From Candidatus Bathyarchaeota archaeon (GTDB taxonomy: Archaea; Thermoproteota; CALKCG01; B24; DRYS01): a DNA stretch of 64,000 nucleotides. Below the pieces are notes generated by a model that did not search any database, was not told the DNA's origin, and worked only from the letters and a program-made list of their open reading frames with translations. A program made the translations under genes and the position numbers. Numbering within the stretch: the stretch's first letter is position 1; each line of letters opens with the position of its first letter. The stretch lies in NCBI GenBank assembly GCA_018396535.1, contig JAGTQC010000003.1:112052-176051 (forward strand), read 5' to 3'. This document shows, piece after piece, positions 9,336 through 19,785 of the stretch.

Positions 9336-10310
9336 TTAGCGTTTCCTCGATACATCGTTCACAGGGTATCTGGGGGGCTCTCCATGTAGAACCCTTAGTA
9401 TATCCTCCACAGCTGTCAGAGCCATCCTCCTCCTACATTCTGAAGTATTGGAAGCTATATGTGGTGTAAGTATTACGTTATCGAGATCTAGTAGAGGATC
9501 ATCTAGGGGTAGAGGCTCCTCCCAGAATACATCTAATCCAGCTCCAGCTATCCACCCCTCCTTTAAAGCCTTTACTAGAGAATCGTGATCCACTATAGGT
9601 CCTCTAGCTATATTAACTAGGATAGCTGTAGGCTTCATAAGCTTAAGCTCCTCCTCCCCTATCATACCGCGTGTATACTCTGTTAACGGACATGATACTA
9701 CTATGAAATCGGATTCTCTAAGTAGATCTTCTAGAGATCTATACTCTACTCCAAACTCTGCTTCTAGCTGAGGCTTCCTAACGATATCGTAGTATAGTAT
9801 CTTCATAGAGAATCCTCTAGCACGTTTAGCTATAGCCGATCCTATCCTTCCTAAGCCTATTATACCTATAACCTTACCCCATACATCCATCCCTACGAAT
9901 AGGAATGGATCTCTAATCCTCCATAACCTAGATTTGACATACTGAGATGATCTACAGATATTCCTAGCTAAGCAGAGTATGTGAGCGAAAGCCATATCCG
10001 CTACGGTTTCATGGAGGACTGGGGTTATGGTAACCCATACCCCCCTCTCGGTAGCAGCATCTACATCAACATTATCGTATCCAACCCCATGCCTAGCTAT
10101 TACTCTAAGCCTAGATGCCGATTCTATAACCCTCCTACTCACTCTCTCTACATTAAGTGTTACGAGTATAGCGTCAGCATCTCTAACCGATTCTATAAGC
10201 TCATCCTCGGTAGGAGGTTTATCGAATACATATACATCAGTATACTTCTTCAATAATTCTAAAGCCTCGCTATGTATGGGAGCTGTTATTACCACATGGT
10301 ATCTACCCAT
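9336..10310 (-). CDS. D-2-hydroxyacid dehydrogenase (glyoxylate reductase/D-glycerate dehydrogenase family)
   Basis: GVGYDNVD, GIIGLGRIG, NIARG, LDVFWEEP, TPHIAS. Confidence 0.9.
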   Translation of the reverse strand: MGRYHVVITAPIHSEALELLKKYTDVYVFDKPPTEDELIESVRDADAILVTLNVERVSRRVIESASRLRVIARHGVGYDNVDVDAATERGVWVTITPVLHETVADMAFAHILCLARNICRSSQYVKSRLWRIRDPFLFVGMDVWGKVIGIIGLGRIGSAIAKRARGFSMKILYYDIVRKPQLEAEFGVEYRSLEDLLRESDFIVVSCPLTEYTRGMIGEEELKLMKPTAILVNIARGPIVDHDSLVKALKEGWIAGAGLDVFWEEPLPLDDPLLDLDNVILTPHIASNTSECRRRMALTAVEDILRVLHGEPPRYPVNDVSRKR

Positions 10311-10446
10311 TCATCCATCCCCCGAATAGTATCCTACTACTTAACCCCATCTACATCATACGGCTAGTACTAGGATAAAGGATTTAACTATAATATCACA
10401 CCGTTAACTTCGATCCAGAACTAGCTAAATCTACTAATATGCATAT

Positions 10447-11736
10447 CTATGTGTAGAGCTTCCTATCGAGTATCTTATAGACGCAGTATTCTCCACACAT
10501 GGTGCATGTACCGCTCCTAGATTTCACTCTCCCATGAATCTCCGAAGCTTTCTCAGGATCCATAGATAGCTTAAACTGTGTTACCCAATCTAGACGTGCT
10601 CTAGCCTCCCCCATAGCTTTATCGATATCTAAAACCCTACCTCCAACCCTGTATAAATCTACAGCGTGAGCTGCGATCTTAGAAGCTATAACACCATGCT
10701 TTATATCTTCAGGTAGGGGTAAGCCTAGATGCTCTGATGGAGTAACTACGCATAGGAAATCTGCACCAGCAAGCCCAGCTATAGCGCTTCCGATAGCAGC
10801 TGCTATATGATCGTATGGGGTTGCTATATCGGTAACTATAGGTCCTAGTAGATAGTATGGGGCTCCTTTACATACAGCCTTCTCTAAAGCTACGTTAGCA
10901 GCTATCTGGTGTATAGGCATGTGTCCAGGTCCCTCAACCATACACTGAACATCCATCCCCCTACTCCTCTCTACGAGCTCCGCTACTGTTAGTAGCTCCA
11001 TATTCTGAGCTATATCGTTCGCATCAGCTATACATCCAGGTCTAAGACCATCACCTAAACTTATACATACATCATATTCTCTAGCTAACTCTAGTATGTA
11101 ATCATAGTTCTCGTATAACGGATTCTCCCTACCATGATGTAGCATCCACGATGCTATGAATGCTCCTCCACGGCTAACTATACCAGCAACCCTTCTACCC
11201 TTCTTCAAAGATTCTAGAGCTTTATAGGTTATACCACAGTGGAGTGTAACGAAGTCTACCCCATCCTTGAAATGCCTCTCTATAGTGTTTAACACATCAT
11301 CCTCGCTCATATCTATGATGGAGCCATACTTTCTAATAGATTCTATAGCAGCTTGGTATATCGGTACAGTACCTATAGGAGAGTCAAGTTCTCTAATAAG
11401 TAGTCTACGAGTATAGTCTAGATCTCCTCCAGTAGATAGATCCATAACCGTATCTGCTCCATATCTCAAACCAATCCTAGCCTTCTCGAGCTCCAGATAT
11501 GGGTCGGATAGATCGACCGAAGTACCGACGTTAACGTTAACCTTCACGGTTAACCCCTCTCCTATAGCTACCGGTTTACCCAGCTTCCTATCCCTAGATG
11601 AATTACACGGTATAACAGCTACACCCCTCGCTACCATACTGGTAAGCTTTTCAGGATTAACCCCCTCTGATCTAGCTACCTCGACTACTATACCCGGTAT
11701 AATACCCCTCCTAGCTTCACTCATGATAGTACCCAT
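10447..11736 (-). CDS. thiC: Phosphomethylpyrimidine synthase (ThiC family)
   Basis: KVNVNVGTS, MDLSTGG, SRGG, SLGDGLRPG, EGPGH, C-terminal CTMCGEYC. Confidence 0.9.
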   Translation of the reverse strand: MGTIMSEARRGIIPGIVVEVARSEGVNPEKLTSMVARGVAVIPCNSSRDRKLGKPVAIGEGLTVKVNVNVGTSVDLSDPYLELEKARIGLRYGADTVMDLSTGGDLDYTRRLLIRELDSPIGTVPIYQAAIESIRKYGSIIDMSEDDVLNTIERHFKDGVDFVTLHCGITYKALESLKKGRRVAGIVSRGGAFIASWMLHHGRENPLYENYDYILELAREYDVCISLGDGLRPGCIADANDIAQNMELLTVAELVERSRGMDVQCMVEGPGHMPIHQIAANVALEKAVCKGAPYYLLGPIVTDIATPYDHIAAAIGSAIAGLAGADFLCVVTPSEHLGLPLPEDIKHGVIASKIAAHAVDLYRVGGRVLDIDKAMGEARARLDWVTQFKLSMDPEKASEIHGRVKSRSGTCTMCGEYCVYKILDRKLYT

Positions 11737-11808
11737 AACTAACCTAGATTAGATCAACCTACATCTCAAGATAAATCTTCCCATAGGCTAGGCGTTGGAG
11801 AATCGACC

Positions 11809-12333
11809 TCACTGTTTAAGCTTCTCTAACGTATAGTATCTAGCTATATATACGATCTCATCACCTCGATATAGGTCTCTTATAACGGCTTCCTCTCTAG
11901 CTCCTAGAACATTCTCATATAATCTACGAGCAGCTTCATTCGAAGAACTCGAGGATACTAGGATTAGTTTAAGCCTAGATCTAGGTTGACGTTCATCTAG
12001 ATATATCTTAAGATAGCCTAACGAATCCTCTATAAGTCTACGACCTACACCTAGCCTTCTAAACTCCGGATCAACAGCTATCTGCTCCAGCTCCCAGACG
12101 GATTCCTCTCTAAACCCACCCTTCTCAACCCAGAGTATATAACCGATAACCCTCCCCCTATACAATGCTACGAAATACTGCATCCTAGGATAAGCTTTCA
12201 TATTACATTCAAACCAGCGTTTAACGAGATCTTCACTACGCATCCCTTTGAAGGATGATAGGTATATCCTAACTACATCATCGATATCATTCTGCTCCAT
12301 AGGTTTAACATAGATTTCAACTACTCCACTCAT
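11809..12333 (-). CDS. GNAT family N-acetyltransferase
   Basis: IAVDPEFRRLGVGRRL acetyl-CoA motif A; NEAARRLYE. Confidence 0.85.
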   Translation of the reverse strand: MSGVVEIYVKPMEQNDIDDVVRIYLSSFKGMRSEDLVKRWFECNMKAYPRMQYFVALYRGRVIGYILWVEKGGFREESVWELEQIAVDPEFRRLGVGRRLIEDSLGYLKIYLDERQPRSRLKLILVSSSSSNEAARRLYENVLGAREEAVIRDLYRGDEIVYIARYYTLEKLKQ

Positions 12334-12488
12334 ATCGATTACTAAATTTTACTATATAAAATTTAAACTATTCTCAAAATCTAATTTTGATATATAACTA
12401 TTCCTTTATAAAATGTATGGAGGTATACTGAAAATACTCTTTAATAGTTAAAAAATATTTTAAGTATATGGTTAGCTCGGTAATATTC

Positions 12489-13580
12489 CTAGACTAGCTT
12501 CACATCCTCGTTACCAACCCTAACCTTTATAGAAACCTCCCCCTCGTATACTCTACCGATAATCCATGCTTTAATCCCCATCTTCTCACAGAAGTCTACT
12601 ATATCCTCAGCTTCACTCTTAGGTGCTATCGTACAGAAGCCTACACCCATATTGAAGGTACGGTACATCTCCCTATCGCTTACACCCCCCAACTCCTGTA
12701 TTAGTTTAAAGATAGGTGGGGGTTTAGGCATAGAATCTAGATAGAAGCCTACTCTAGCTATTCGTGCTAATCTTATAAGCTTACTGAAAGCTCCACCAGT
12801 TATATGAGCTAATCCGTGAACTTCATATCTCTTCAATACATCGAGGATAGGTTTAACATAGATCCTTGTAGGTTTTAGCAACTCCTCACCTATACTACAC
12901 CCGATTTCATCTAGATAATCATCGATTCTATACCTAGATAGGAGTATTCTCCTAGCTAGGGTTAACCCGTTGGAGTGTATACCACTACTAGCTAACCCTA
13001 CGATACAATCTCCGATACCGATCCTATCCCCATAAACGATTTTATCTCTATCCACAACTCCTATACACATAGCTGCTAGATCGAATCCGTAACCATCTCT
13101 AACACCTTTAACGATATCCTTCATCACAGCTGTCTCCCCACCTACTATAGCTACTCCAGCCTCCTCCGCTCCCTTAGCTAAGCCCTCCATTATAGGTACT
13201 ACTAGATCCTCTCTAGGCTCCTCGACTACTAGATAATCTACTAAAGCTACGGGTTCAGCTCCTATACATATAACATCGTTTACACACATAGCTACACAAT
13301 CCACTCCTATAGTATCGTATCTACCCATCATCTGAGCTACGAGGATCTTAGTACCGACGCCGTCGACGTGCATCGCTAACGCTTTACCCCCACCGATATC
13401 TATGAGACCAGCATAATGCCCCACCTCTATCAATACCTCACCCCACCTACCTCTCCTAGTTTTAAACGTCCTCTCCGCTATCCAAGCTATACGTCTATGA
13501 ATCTCAGCTACCCTATCCACATCTACACCTGCTTCCCTATAACTTCTAGGTATACCCATATCCTCACCTAAACTTCTCAC
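12489..13580 (-). CDS. purM: Phosphoribosylformylglycinamidine cyclo-ligase (AIR synthetase)
   Basis: YREAGVD, DGVGTK, GGETA, SSGIHSNG, HITGG, TFNMG; true start may be the ATG seven codons downstream. Confidence 0.96.
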   Translation of the reverse strand: MRSLGEDMGIPRSYREAGVDVDRVAEIHRRIAWIAERTFKTRRGRWGEVLIEVGHYAGLIDIGGGKALAMHVDGVGTKILVAQMMGRYDTIGVDCVAMCVNDVICIGAEPVALVDYLVVEEPREDLVVPIMEGLAKGAEEAGVAIVGGETAVMKDIVKGVRDGYGFDLAAMCIGVVDRDKIVYGDRIGIGDCIVGLASSGIHSNGLTLARRILLSRYRIDDYLDEIGCSIGEELLKPTRIYVKPILDVLKRYEVHGLAHITGGAFSKLIRLARIARVGFYLDSMPKPPPIFKLIQELGGVSDREMYRTFNMGVGFCTIAPKSEAEDIVDFCEKMGIKAWIIGRVYEGEVSIKVRVGNEDVKLV

Positions 13581-14424
13581 CTGTAAGCCTTTCGTAAGCT
13601 TCTATATACCTTCTACTAACCTCTTCTATAAGCTCTCTAGGTAGGCTTGGAGGTTCAGGTATCGGATCCCCCCTCCTCCTAGCTTCCTCTAACCTCCTTC
13701 TATACCCTACCCTATCAAGCCAATCTCTAACAGGCTGTTTATCAAAGCTATCCTGTAGGCGTCCCGGAGCGTAGCTAGATTTAACCCATAACCTAAACTC
13801 ATCTGGACCTATAGAATCGCCTAGGATAATACTATCGCCATACCTACCAAACTCGATCTTCAAATCTGCGAGTATAAACCCAGCTTCCTCAGCCCTCCTA
13901 TTCATAACTTCGTATATAGCTATAGATAGATCCTCTAACATATCATACTCAGAAGATGTAACCCATCCTCTAGCTATAGCCTCCCCCCTGGTTATAGGCC
14001 TATCCTTCTCTTCAAACTTAGTCGTAGGATCCAGTATCGGTTCAGGAAGTCTAGCTGCTAGTACCGGCTCTACAGGTAGATTAACCTCCCCTCTCAGCAT
14101 CCTCTCATATAGGCTTCCATAGATGTAGCCGCGGACGATAAACTCTATAGGTATCATATCTAACCTCTTCACAACCATACAGTTAGGAGGCTCGATCCAT
14201 AGCATATGATGCTTCACTCCAACCCTATCCTCTAGGTATCTAAACCAGAATGCAGCCATCCGACATAGTACCTCACCCTTAAACGGTACGATAGAAGGTA
14301 GTACTATATCGAAGGCTGAAATCCTATCGCTAAAATAGAATAGTAGCCTATCGCTATCTACAAGATAGATATCCTTAACCTTCCCCTTCTTAACCAGCTT
14401 AAACATCGATAGATCGAAACTCAT
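13564..14424 (-). CDS. purC: SAICAR synthetase
   Basis: GKVKDIY, DRISAFD, DLKIEFG, PDEFRLW, DKQPVRDWL. Confidence 0.95.
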   Translation of the reverse strand: MSFDLSMFKLVKKGKVKDIYLVDSDRLLFYFSDRISAFDIVLPSIVPFKGEVLCRMAAFWFRYLEDRVGVKHHMLWIEPPNCMVVKRLDMIPIEFIVRGYIYGSLYERMLRGEVNLPVEPVLAARLPEPILDPTTKFEEKDRPITRGEAIARGWVTSSEYDMLEDLSIAIYEVMNRRAEEAGFILADLKIEFGRYGDSIILGDSIGPDEFRLWVKSSYAPGRLQDSFDKQPVRDWLDRVGYRRRLEEARRRGDPIPEPPSLPRELIEEVSRRYIEAYERLTGEKFR

Positions 14425-14435
14425 AGCAAAACCTC

Positions 14436-14924
14436 CTAGACAGCTTCTAAAGCTTTAGCATCCTCCTCAACCCTACGTTTAAGATTAACCCTATACTGTA
14501 TAAGCCTCTCCCTAACATCAGATCTAGATAAAGCTACTATCTCAGCTGCTAATACCGCTGCGTTAACAGAATTATCGACGCCTACACATGCTACAGGTAT
14601 ACCTGGAGGGGATTGGATAGAGGATAGGAGAGCATCCAAACCCATGAAGCTCCTATTCAACGGTAGCGAAATAACAGGTTTAATAGTATACGCGGCAATC
14701 AATCCGGGAAGCATAGCGGATAAACCAGCTATAGCGATAAATACTTTAACACCGTTAGCATCAGCCTCCTCCACGATCTCCCTTACCCTATCTGGGTGAC
14801 GATGAGCTGAGGCTACTGTCAACAAGTATTTCACACCCAGCTCCCTTAATATTCTACATACCGCTTCCCCATACTCTCTATCAGATAGACTACCCAGTAC
14901 TACTAGAACATCCACATCATCCAA
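14436..14924 (-). CDS. purE: N5-CAIR mutase/AIR carboxylase
   Basis: GSLSD, SAHRHP, AGLSAMLPG, PPGIPVA. Confidence 0.93.
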   Translation of the reverse strand: MDDVDVLVVLGSLSDREYGEAVCRILRELGVKYLLTVASAHRHPDRVREIVEEADANGVKVFIAIAGLSAMLPGLIAAYTIKPVISLPLNRSFMGLDALLSSIQSPPGIPVACVGVDNSVNAAVLAAEIVALSRSDVRERLIQYRVNLKRRVEEDAKALEAV

Positions 14925-14998
14925 GCTATATACACCCGGGAGGCTAATAGTTGAATACCTAGTTTAAAAATATTCGTGAAACCAGTATACGTTAAGCT

Positions 14999-15823
14999 TC
15001 ATAATATATGAAGGTATGTATACTCTACAAGCGTCTTAAAGAATCTAAGACAGTTATCCTCGAGTATGTTATCAAACCTGGTCCAGCTTGGATGTGTATA
15101 TGGGTGGATATACTTCTCAGGATGAGGCATTAAACCTATTACATTACCATCCCTATTACATATACCTGCTACATTATTCATCGAACCGTTAGGATTCCAC
15201 CCCCTAGATATGCATCCACTAGGATCTACATACCTGAATACTATGTATCCATCATCTTCGAGTATATCAAGTATATCAGGTGGAGCTATGAACCTTCCCT
15301 CAGCATGATTTATAGGTGCATGGAGTATAGCTCCAGCTAGATCCTTCAAAGGTTTACAACGTGTAACTTCCTCACACCTAATATATACCCACCTATCTAT
15401 GAAGAATCCCCCCTCGTTTAAAGCTAGAGTCGCTTCCTGCCTACTAAATAACCCGCTCAAACCTGGTAGTAATCCTGCTTTAACTAAAGCTTGAAAACCA
15501 TTACAAATCCCGAGTATAATCCTCCCCTCTGATACAATCCTCTCTATAGGCTTCCTAAGCCTATACTTAAGCTGGCATGCAAGTATCTTCCCAGCTCCGA
15601 GATCGTCTCCATAGCTAAACCCGCCAGGTATGCAGAATATATGATACTCATCCAGGATTGACGGATCTTTTAAGAGACTATTTATATGCTTCACTTCTAC
15701 TCGAGATCCAGCTTCTTCGAATGCTTCGATAGTCTCCTGATCACAGTTAGTACCCGGAGCTCTGAGTATAAGAGTCTTCACCTTCATAGATGCTTCACCA
15801 GTTGAAAGTGGATTTCCAAGCAT
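14999..15823 (-). CDS. purQ: FGAM synthase glutaminase subunit
   Basis: PGTNCD, PGGFSYGD, GICNGFQ, MPHPE. Confidence 0.95.
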   Translation of the reverse strand: MLGNPLSTGEASMKVKTLILRAPGTNCDQETIEAFEEAGSRVEVKHINSLLKDPSILDEYHIFCIPGGFSYGDDLGAGKILACQLKYRLRKPIERIVSEGRIILGICNGFQALVKAGLLPGLSGLFSRQEATLALNEGGFFIDRWVYIRCEEVTRCKPLKDLAGAILHAPINHAEGRFIAPPDILDILEDDGYIVFRYVDPSGCISRGWNPNGSMNNVAGICNRDGNVIGLMPHPEKYIHPYTHPSWTRFDNILEDNCLRFFKTLVEYTYLHIL

Positions 15824-18155
15824 CCTTCAAACTCCATATATCCTCCTCGTATACTCTACCGTTAACCCCATGAATTACAAGCCTCCCCTCTCTCGTAGTA
15901 TACCCGATCCTCCTATATGGAAGATTATAGAATATCCTTTCGAAATAATCCTCCATACCCTTCCTAACCTCGACTATAAACCTAGTATTAGATTCCGAGA
16001 ATAGAATCTTATCATCCCTTACTAAGCCTAGTCTAGGTACCTCTGATAGCCATACCTCCACTCCTAAGCCTCCTGAGAAACTTGATTCGGCTAACGCTAC
16101 TGCTAACCCCCCCTCCGAGCAATCATGACAAGATCTGATACATCCAACATCTATAGCTTCTACGATCCTATCCATGATTAGTTTAGCATTATTCAAATCC
16201 ACAGATGGTATCACACCGCTATCTATACCCATGATAGAGTAGTAGTATGATCCACCTAACTCACACCTAGTATATCCCACAACATATACAGGATTTCCAG
16301 GCTCCTTAAAATCCATAGTTATAGCCTTCCTTATATCCGGTATTATACCTATAGCTGTTATGAGTAGAGTACCCGGTATAGATCTATAACTCCCATCTGG
16401 AAGCCTATACTCGTTGTATAGGCTATCCTTACCAGATATGAATGGTGTATCGAATGCTTTAGCAGCATCATAGCATCCCTTAACAGCTTCGACTAAAGCT
16501 CCGAGTGTCTCCTCCCTCTCAGGATTACCCCAACTGAAGTTATCTAGGAGAGCTATCCTACGTCCACCTACTGCTACGTTATTCCTTATAGCTTCATCTA
16601 CAACCGATAAAGCCATCTTATAAGGATACCTACTATACTTAGGGTTAACACCGCATGAAACAACAACACCTATCCAACTATCCTTTAAAGGCTTTAATAC
16701 GCATGCATCGCTAGGTCCATCTCCATGAATACCAACCATAGGTTTAATAACAACCCTAGCCTGTACTTCATGATCATATTGACGGATAACCCATTCCTTA
16801 CTAGCTACATTTGGATCACTCAATATACGCCTGAGTATATCCATAAGATCTGTAGGCATAGGGAAATCCGGATCCCACTCACGAAGCGGATTCCAATAAG
16901 CTCTCCTCCTAACCCTTGGTATACCCTTAAAGAGGAATTCTAAATCTAGATCACAAACAACCTCTCCTTCATAATATACTCTAAGCTTCCCAGTCGAGGT
17001 AAACCTACCTATAACAGTCGCTTCACAATCCTCCTCTCTGAATATCTTCATCAACTTATCTATATTTCCCTCAGGTACAGCTAGTACCATACGCTCTTGA
17101 GATTCTGAAAGCCATATTTCCCAAGGTTCAAGCCCCTCATACTTCAAAGGTACTAGTGATAATTCCACTTCTGCACCGATTTTTTTCGCCATCTCCCCTA
17201 CAGCTGATGATAAACCTCCTCCACCACAATCGGTTATAGCTGAGTATAATGGTTCACTATATTCATCTCTAGCTCTCATTATAGCATCTAGAAGCTTCTT
17301 CTCCTCTATAGGGTTGCCTATCTGTACAGATATAACTGATACCTTCTCAGATTCAGGTGTAAGTTCCGTACTTGCGAATGTAACACCTCTAAGTCCATCT
17401 CTACCAGTCCTTCCACCCACTAATACTATCAAATCTCCAGGCTTAGGCTTCCTAGTATACCTACTAAACGGCATTATACCTACACATCCAGCATAGACTA
17501 ACGGGTTACATAGATATCCCTCATCAAATCCTATAGCACCGCATGCTGTAGGTACACCCATCTTATTACCATAATCCCTAATACCTGCTACAGCTCCTCT
17601 CATAACCCTTCGAGGATGCATAACTCCTTGAGGAAGTAGCTCGTAAGGATAATCTAGAGGACCGAAGAATAGTACATCTATGGATAGTATCGGCTTTGCG
17701 CCTACACCTATAACATCTCTAAAAACTCCTCCAGTCCCGGTTCCTGCCCCTCCATATGGATCTAAAGCTGTCGGATGATTATGCGTCTCAACCTTAACTG
17801 CTATAGACCAATCACCTTCAAGTCTCACTATCCCAGCGTTATCCTCGAATACTACTAGACACCATGGCTTAGAAAGCTCCTTAGTCACTCTGAATATATA
17901 GCTTTCGAGTAAGTTATCGATAATACCATCGTTTGTCTCTATTATCCCCTTAAAGGTCTTATGATAACAATGTTCAGACCATGTCTGAGCGATGGTGTTT
18001 AACTCTACATCCGTAGGATCTCTACCTATACTTATGAAATATGCTTTTATAGCTTTCATCTCATCCAGCGATAAGGATAACATATAGCGTCTACTAATAT
18101 CCATCAACTCCTCATCTGTAGCTTCTCTTACATGTATTACACTAACCTTCGCCAT
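15795..18155 (-). CDS. purL: FGAM synthase synthetase subunit
   Basis: QTWSEHC, KVETHNHP, DCGGGG, SESQERM, QYDHEV, SGKDSLYN. Confidence 0.96.
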   Translation of the reverse strand: MAKVSVIHVREATDEELMDISRRYMLSLSLDEMKAIKAYFISIGRDPTDVELNTIAQTWSEHCYHKTFKGIIETNDGIIDNLLESYIFRVTKELSKPWCLVVFEDNAGIVRLEGDWSIAVKVETHNHPTALDPYGGAGTGTGGVFRDVIGVGAKPILSIDVLFFGPLDYPYELLPQGVMHPRRVMRGAVAGIRDYGNKMGVPTACGAIGFDEGYLCNPLVYAGCVGIMPFSRYTRKPKPGDLIVLVGGRTGRDGLRGVTFASTELTPESEKVSVISVQIGNPIEEKKLLDAIMRARDEYSEPLYSAITDCGGGGLSSAVGEMAKKIGAEVELSLVPLKYEGLEPWEIWLSESQERMVLAVPEGNIDKLMKIFREEDCEATVIGRFTSTGKLRVYYEGEVVCDLDLEFLFKGIPRVRRRAYWNPLREWDPDFPMPTDLMDILRRILSDPNVASKEWVIRQYDHEVQARVVIKPMVGIHGDGPSDACVLKPLKDSWIGVVVSCGVNPKYSRYPYKMALSVVDEAIRNNVAVGGRRIALLDNFSWGNPEREETLGALVEAVKGCYDAAKAFDTPFISGKDSLYNEYRLPDGSYRSIPGTLLITAIGIIPDIRKAITMDFKEPGNPVYVVGYTRCELGGSYYYSIMGIDSGVIPSVDLNNAKLIMDRIVEAIDVGCIRSCHDCSEGGLAVALAESSFSGGLGVEVWLSEVPRLGLVRDDKILFSESNTRFIVEVRKGMEDYFERIFYNLPYRRIGYTTREGRLVIHGVNGRVYEEDIWSLKDAWKSTFNW

Positions 18156-18182
18156 ACCACACCACCGAGATGGTAAGACTAT

Positions 18183-19286
18183 CTAAATCCAGATTACAGG
18201 TGTTATCCCGAATACTCCTAGATCGACTCTATCTCCCTGCTCGACTCCAGGATACAGTATAACTCTTAAACCTATAGGTCTACCTTTAAGCCTACTCACC
18301 TCGTACAGATCTAGCATTACACCCTCCAACACCTTCTCAGATATATCGATCGGTATGACCACCATATCGACACCCGCTACACAGAAGCATGAAAGAGCTA
18401 CTAGATCCCTTAATCTAAGCATACCCTCACATACCCTCTCCTTAAGTATATTATCCTCAGCTACAGGCAGCATTATTTCGCAAAATCCTGTAGAGGATAT
18501 ACTACACTCGCTAGCTATTCTACGTATGAAGTGGTTAATCTTAGAGATTGTATGCATAGATCCAGGGCTTGGTAGGGCTACCCCAGATAATTCTTCTACG
18601 AGTAGAGCTACAGAATCATCCATCCATGGGGATAGCGAGTAATCTAATCCATAGTAGTCTACACCAATCCTCGAAGCTATACGCTTACCTATGGACTCTG
18701 TTTCTGATAATATCCTACGAACTGCTTCGCTCATACCATTCACCCCTCCACCCCTATAAGCTTCGATTAGATCTCTAGCATAGAGTAAGGCTAATGCAAC
18801 CCCCTCCCCACGCTTCACATTCATAGATAATGGAAAATACGGTGTGAGAAGATCATCTCCTCCAAATAGTATAGCGATTTTAGTCAGCAATATAGGATCT
18901 CTATACGAAATCTTCTTCAACAACCTTACGATCCTACCATAATATTCAGGTGATCCAGGTTTAATCGAAGTATATACGCCTATAGTAGATAAATCCTCCG
19001 CTATCATTGGATCATCGTTTGTTGCATCGTATACGAACCCTGATACCATACTAATACCGATACTCTCGCACACCTCTCTAACTATCCTTGCTATAATAGT
19101 CTTCCCTCCACTAGTATGTAGATGCGATAGAGATATCCTTACACCTCTATCCCATATAACTCCTCTAGATCTAAAATCATCTATAGCCTCTAGGAAGGAT
19201 TGAATTCTACTTTCAAGATATTCCCTTATAGCCAGCGGGCCCCTATCCGCTAGATCTAGAAATAGAGTTACCGCTCTTACCTTCAA
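18183..19286 (-). CDS. DUF711 (UPF0210) family protein
   Basis: MKVRAVTLF start, TPYFP, GLDYSLSP, GFCEIMLPVAED, CVAGVDMV. Confidence 0.75.
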   Translation of the reverse strand: MKVRAVTLFLDLADRGPLAIREYLESRIQSFLEAIDDFRSRGVIWDRGVRISLSHLHTSGGKTIIARIVREVCESIGISMVSGFVYDATNDDPMIAEDLSTIGVYTSIKPGSPEYYGRIVRLLKKISYRDPILLTKIAILFGGDDLLTPYFPLSMNVKRGEGVALALLYARDLIEAYRGGGVNGMSEAVRRILSETESIGKRIASRIGVDYYGLDYSLSPWMDDSVALLVEELSGVALPSPGSMHTISKINHFIRRIASECSISSTGFCEIMLPVAEDNILKERVCEGMLRLRDLVALSCFCVAGVDMVVIPIDISEKVLEGVMLDLYEVSRLKGRPIGLRVILYPGVEQGDRVDLGVFGITPVIWI

Positions 19287-19294
19287 GTCTAAAT

Positions 19295-19780
19295 TTACAC
19301 CGGTGGAAGTATCTTATAATCGTGTATTATAGGATTTGCTAAACATCTTCTAGCGACTAATTCAACTTTATCATAATTTAAGCATCCATTAAGAACGTAT
19401 AGCGTGAAAGTCTCTGCATGCGATAACCTATCGATACCTATGATTCTCGAAGCTTCTAATACGCTAGAAGCTAGGCTATCGAATACACCAGGTTTATACT
19501 TAACCTCTATAATCCATCCATCTAGTCTTATATTGGATTCACCTTCTAGAAAGTATACATACTCTTGGATTATAGGATCATGAAGGAGCTCCTCGCATAT
19601 CAATTTAACATCATCCTCGGAAAGATCCCCATCTAATCTAAAGCCTTGAATAACCTTCACCTTCTCAACCCCCTTTACATCCATATCCCTTATCTCCCAC
19701 TGTATCCTCATGCTAACTGGATCTAGTGTATCCTGCTTATAACTAACATAGACTCTCCAAACTCTATGAGTATCTTGCAT
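19295..19780 (-). CDS. purS: FGAM synthase PurS subunit, two tandem PurS domains
   Basis: Two repeats: VSYKQDTLDP...LLHDPIIQEY and VKYKPGVFDS...LANPIIHDY. Confidence 0.8.
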   Translation of the reverse strand: MQDTHRVWRVYVSYKQDTLDPVSMRIQWEIRDMDVKGVEKVKVIQGFRLDGDLSEDDVKLICEELLHDPIIQEYVYFLEGESNIRLDGWIIEVKYKPGVFDSLASSVLEASRIIGIDRLSHAETFTLYVLNGCLNYDKVELVARRCLANPIIHDYKILPPV

Positions 19781-19785
19781 AGCAG

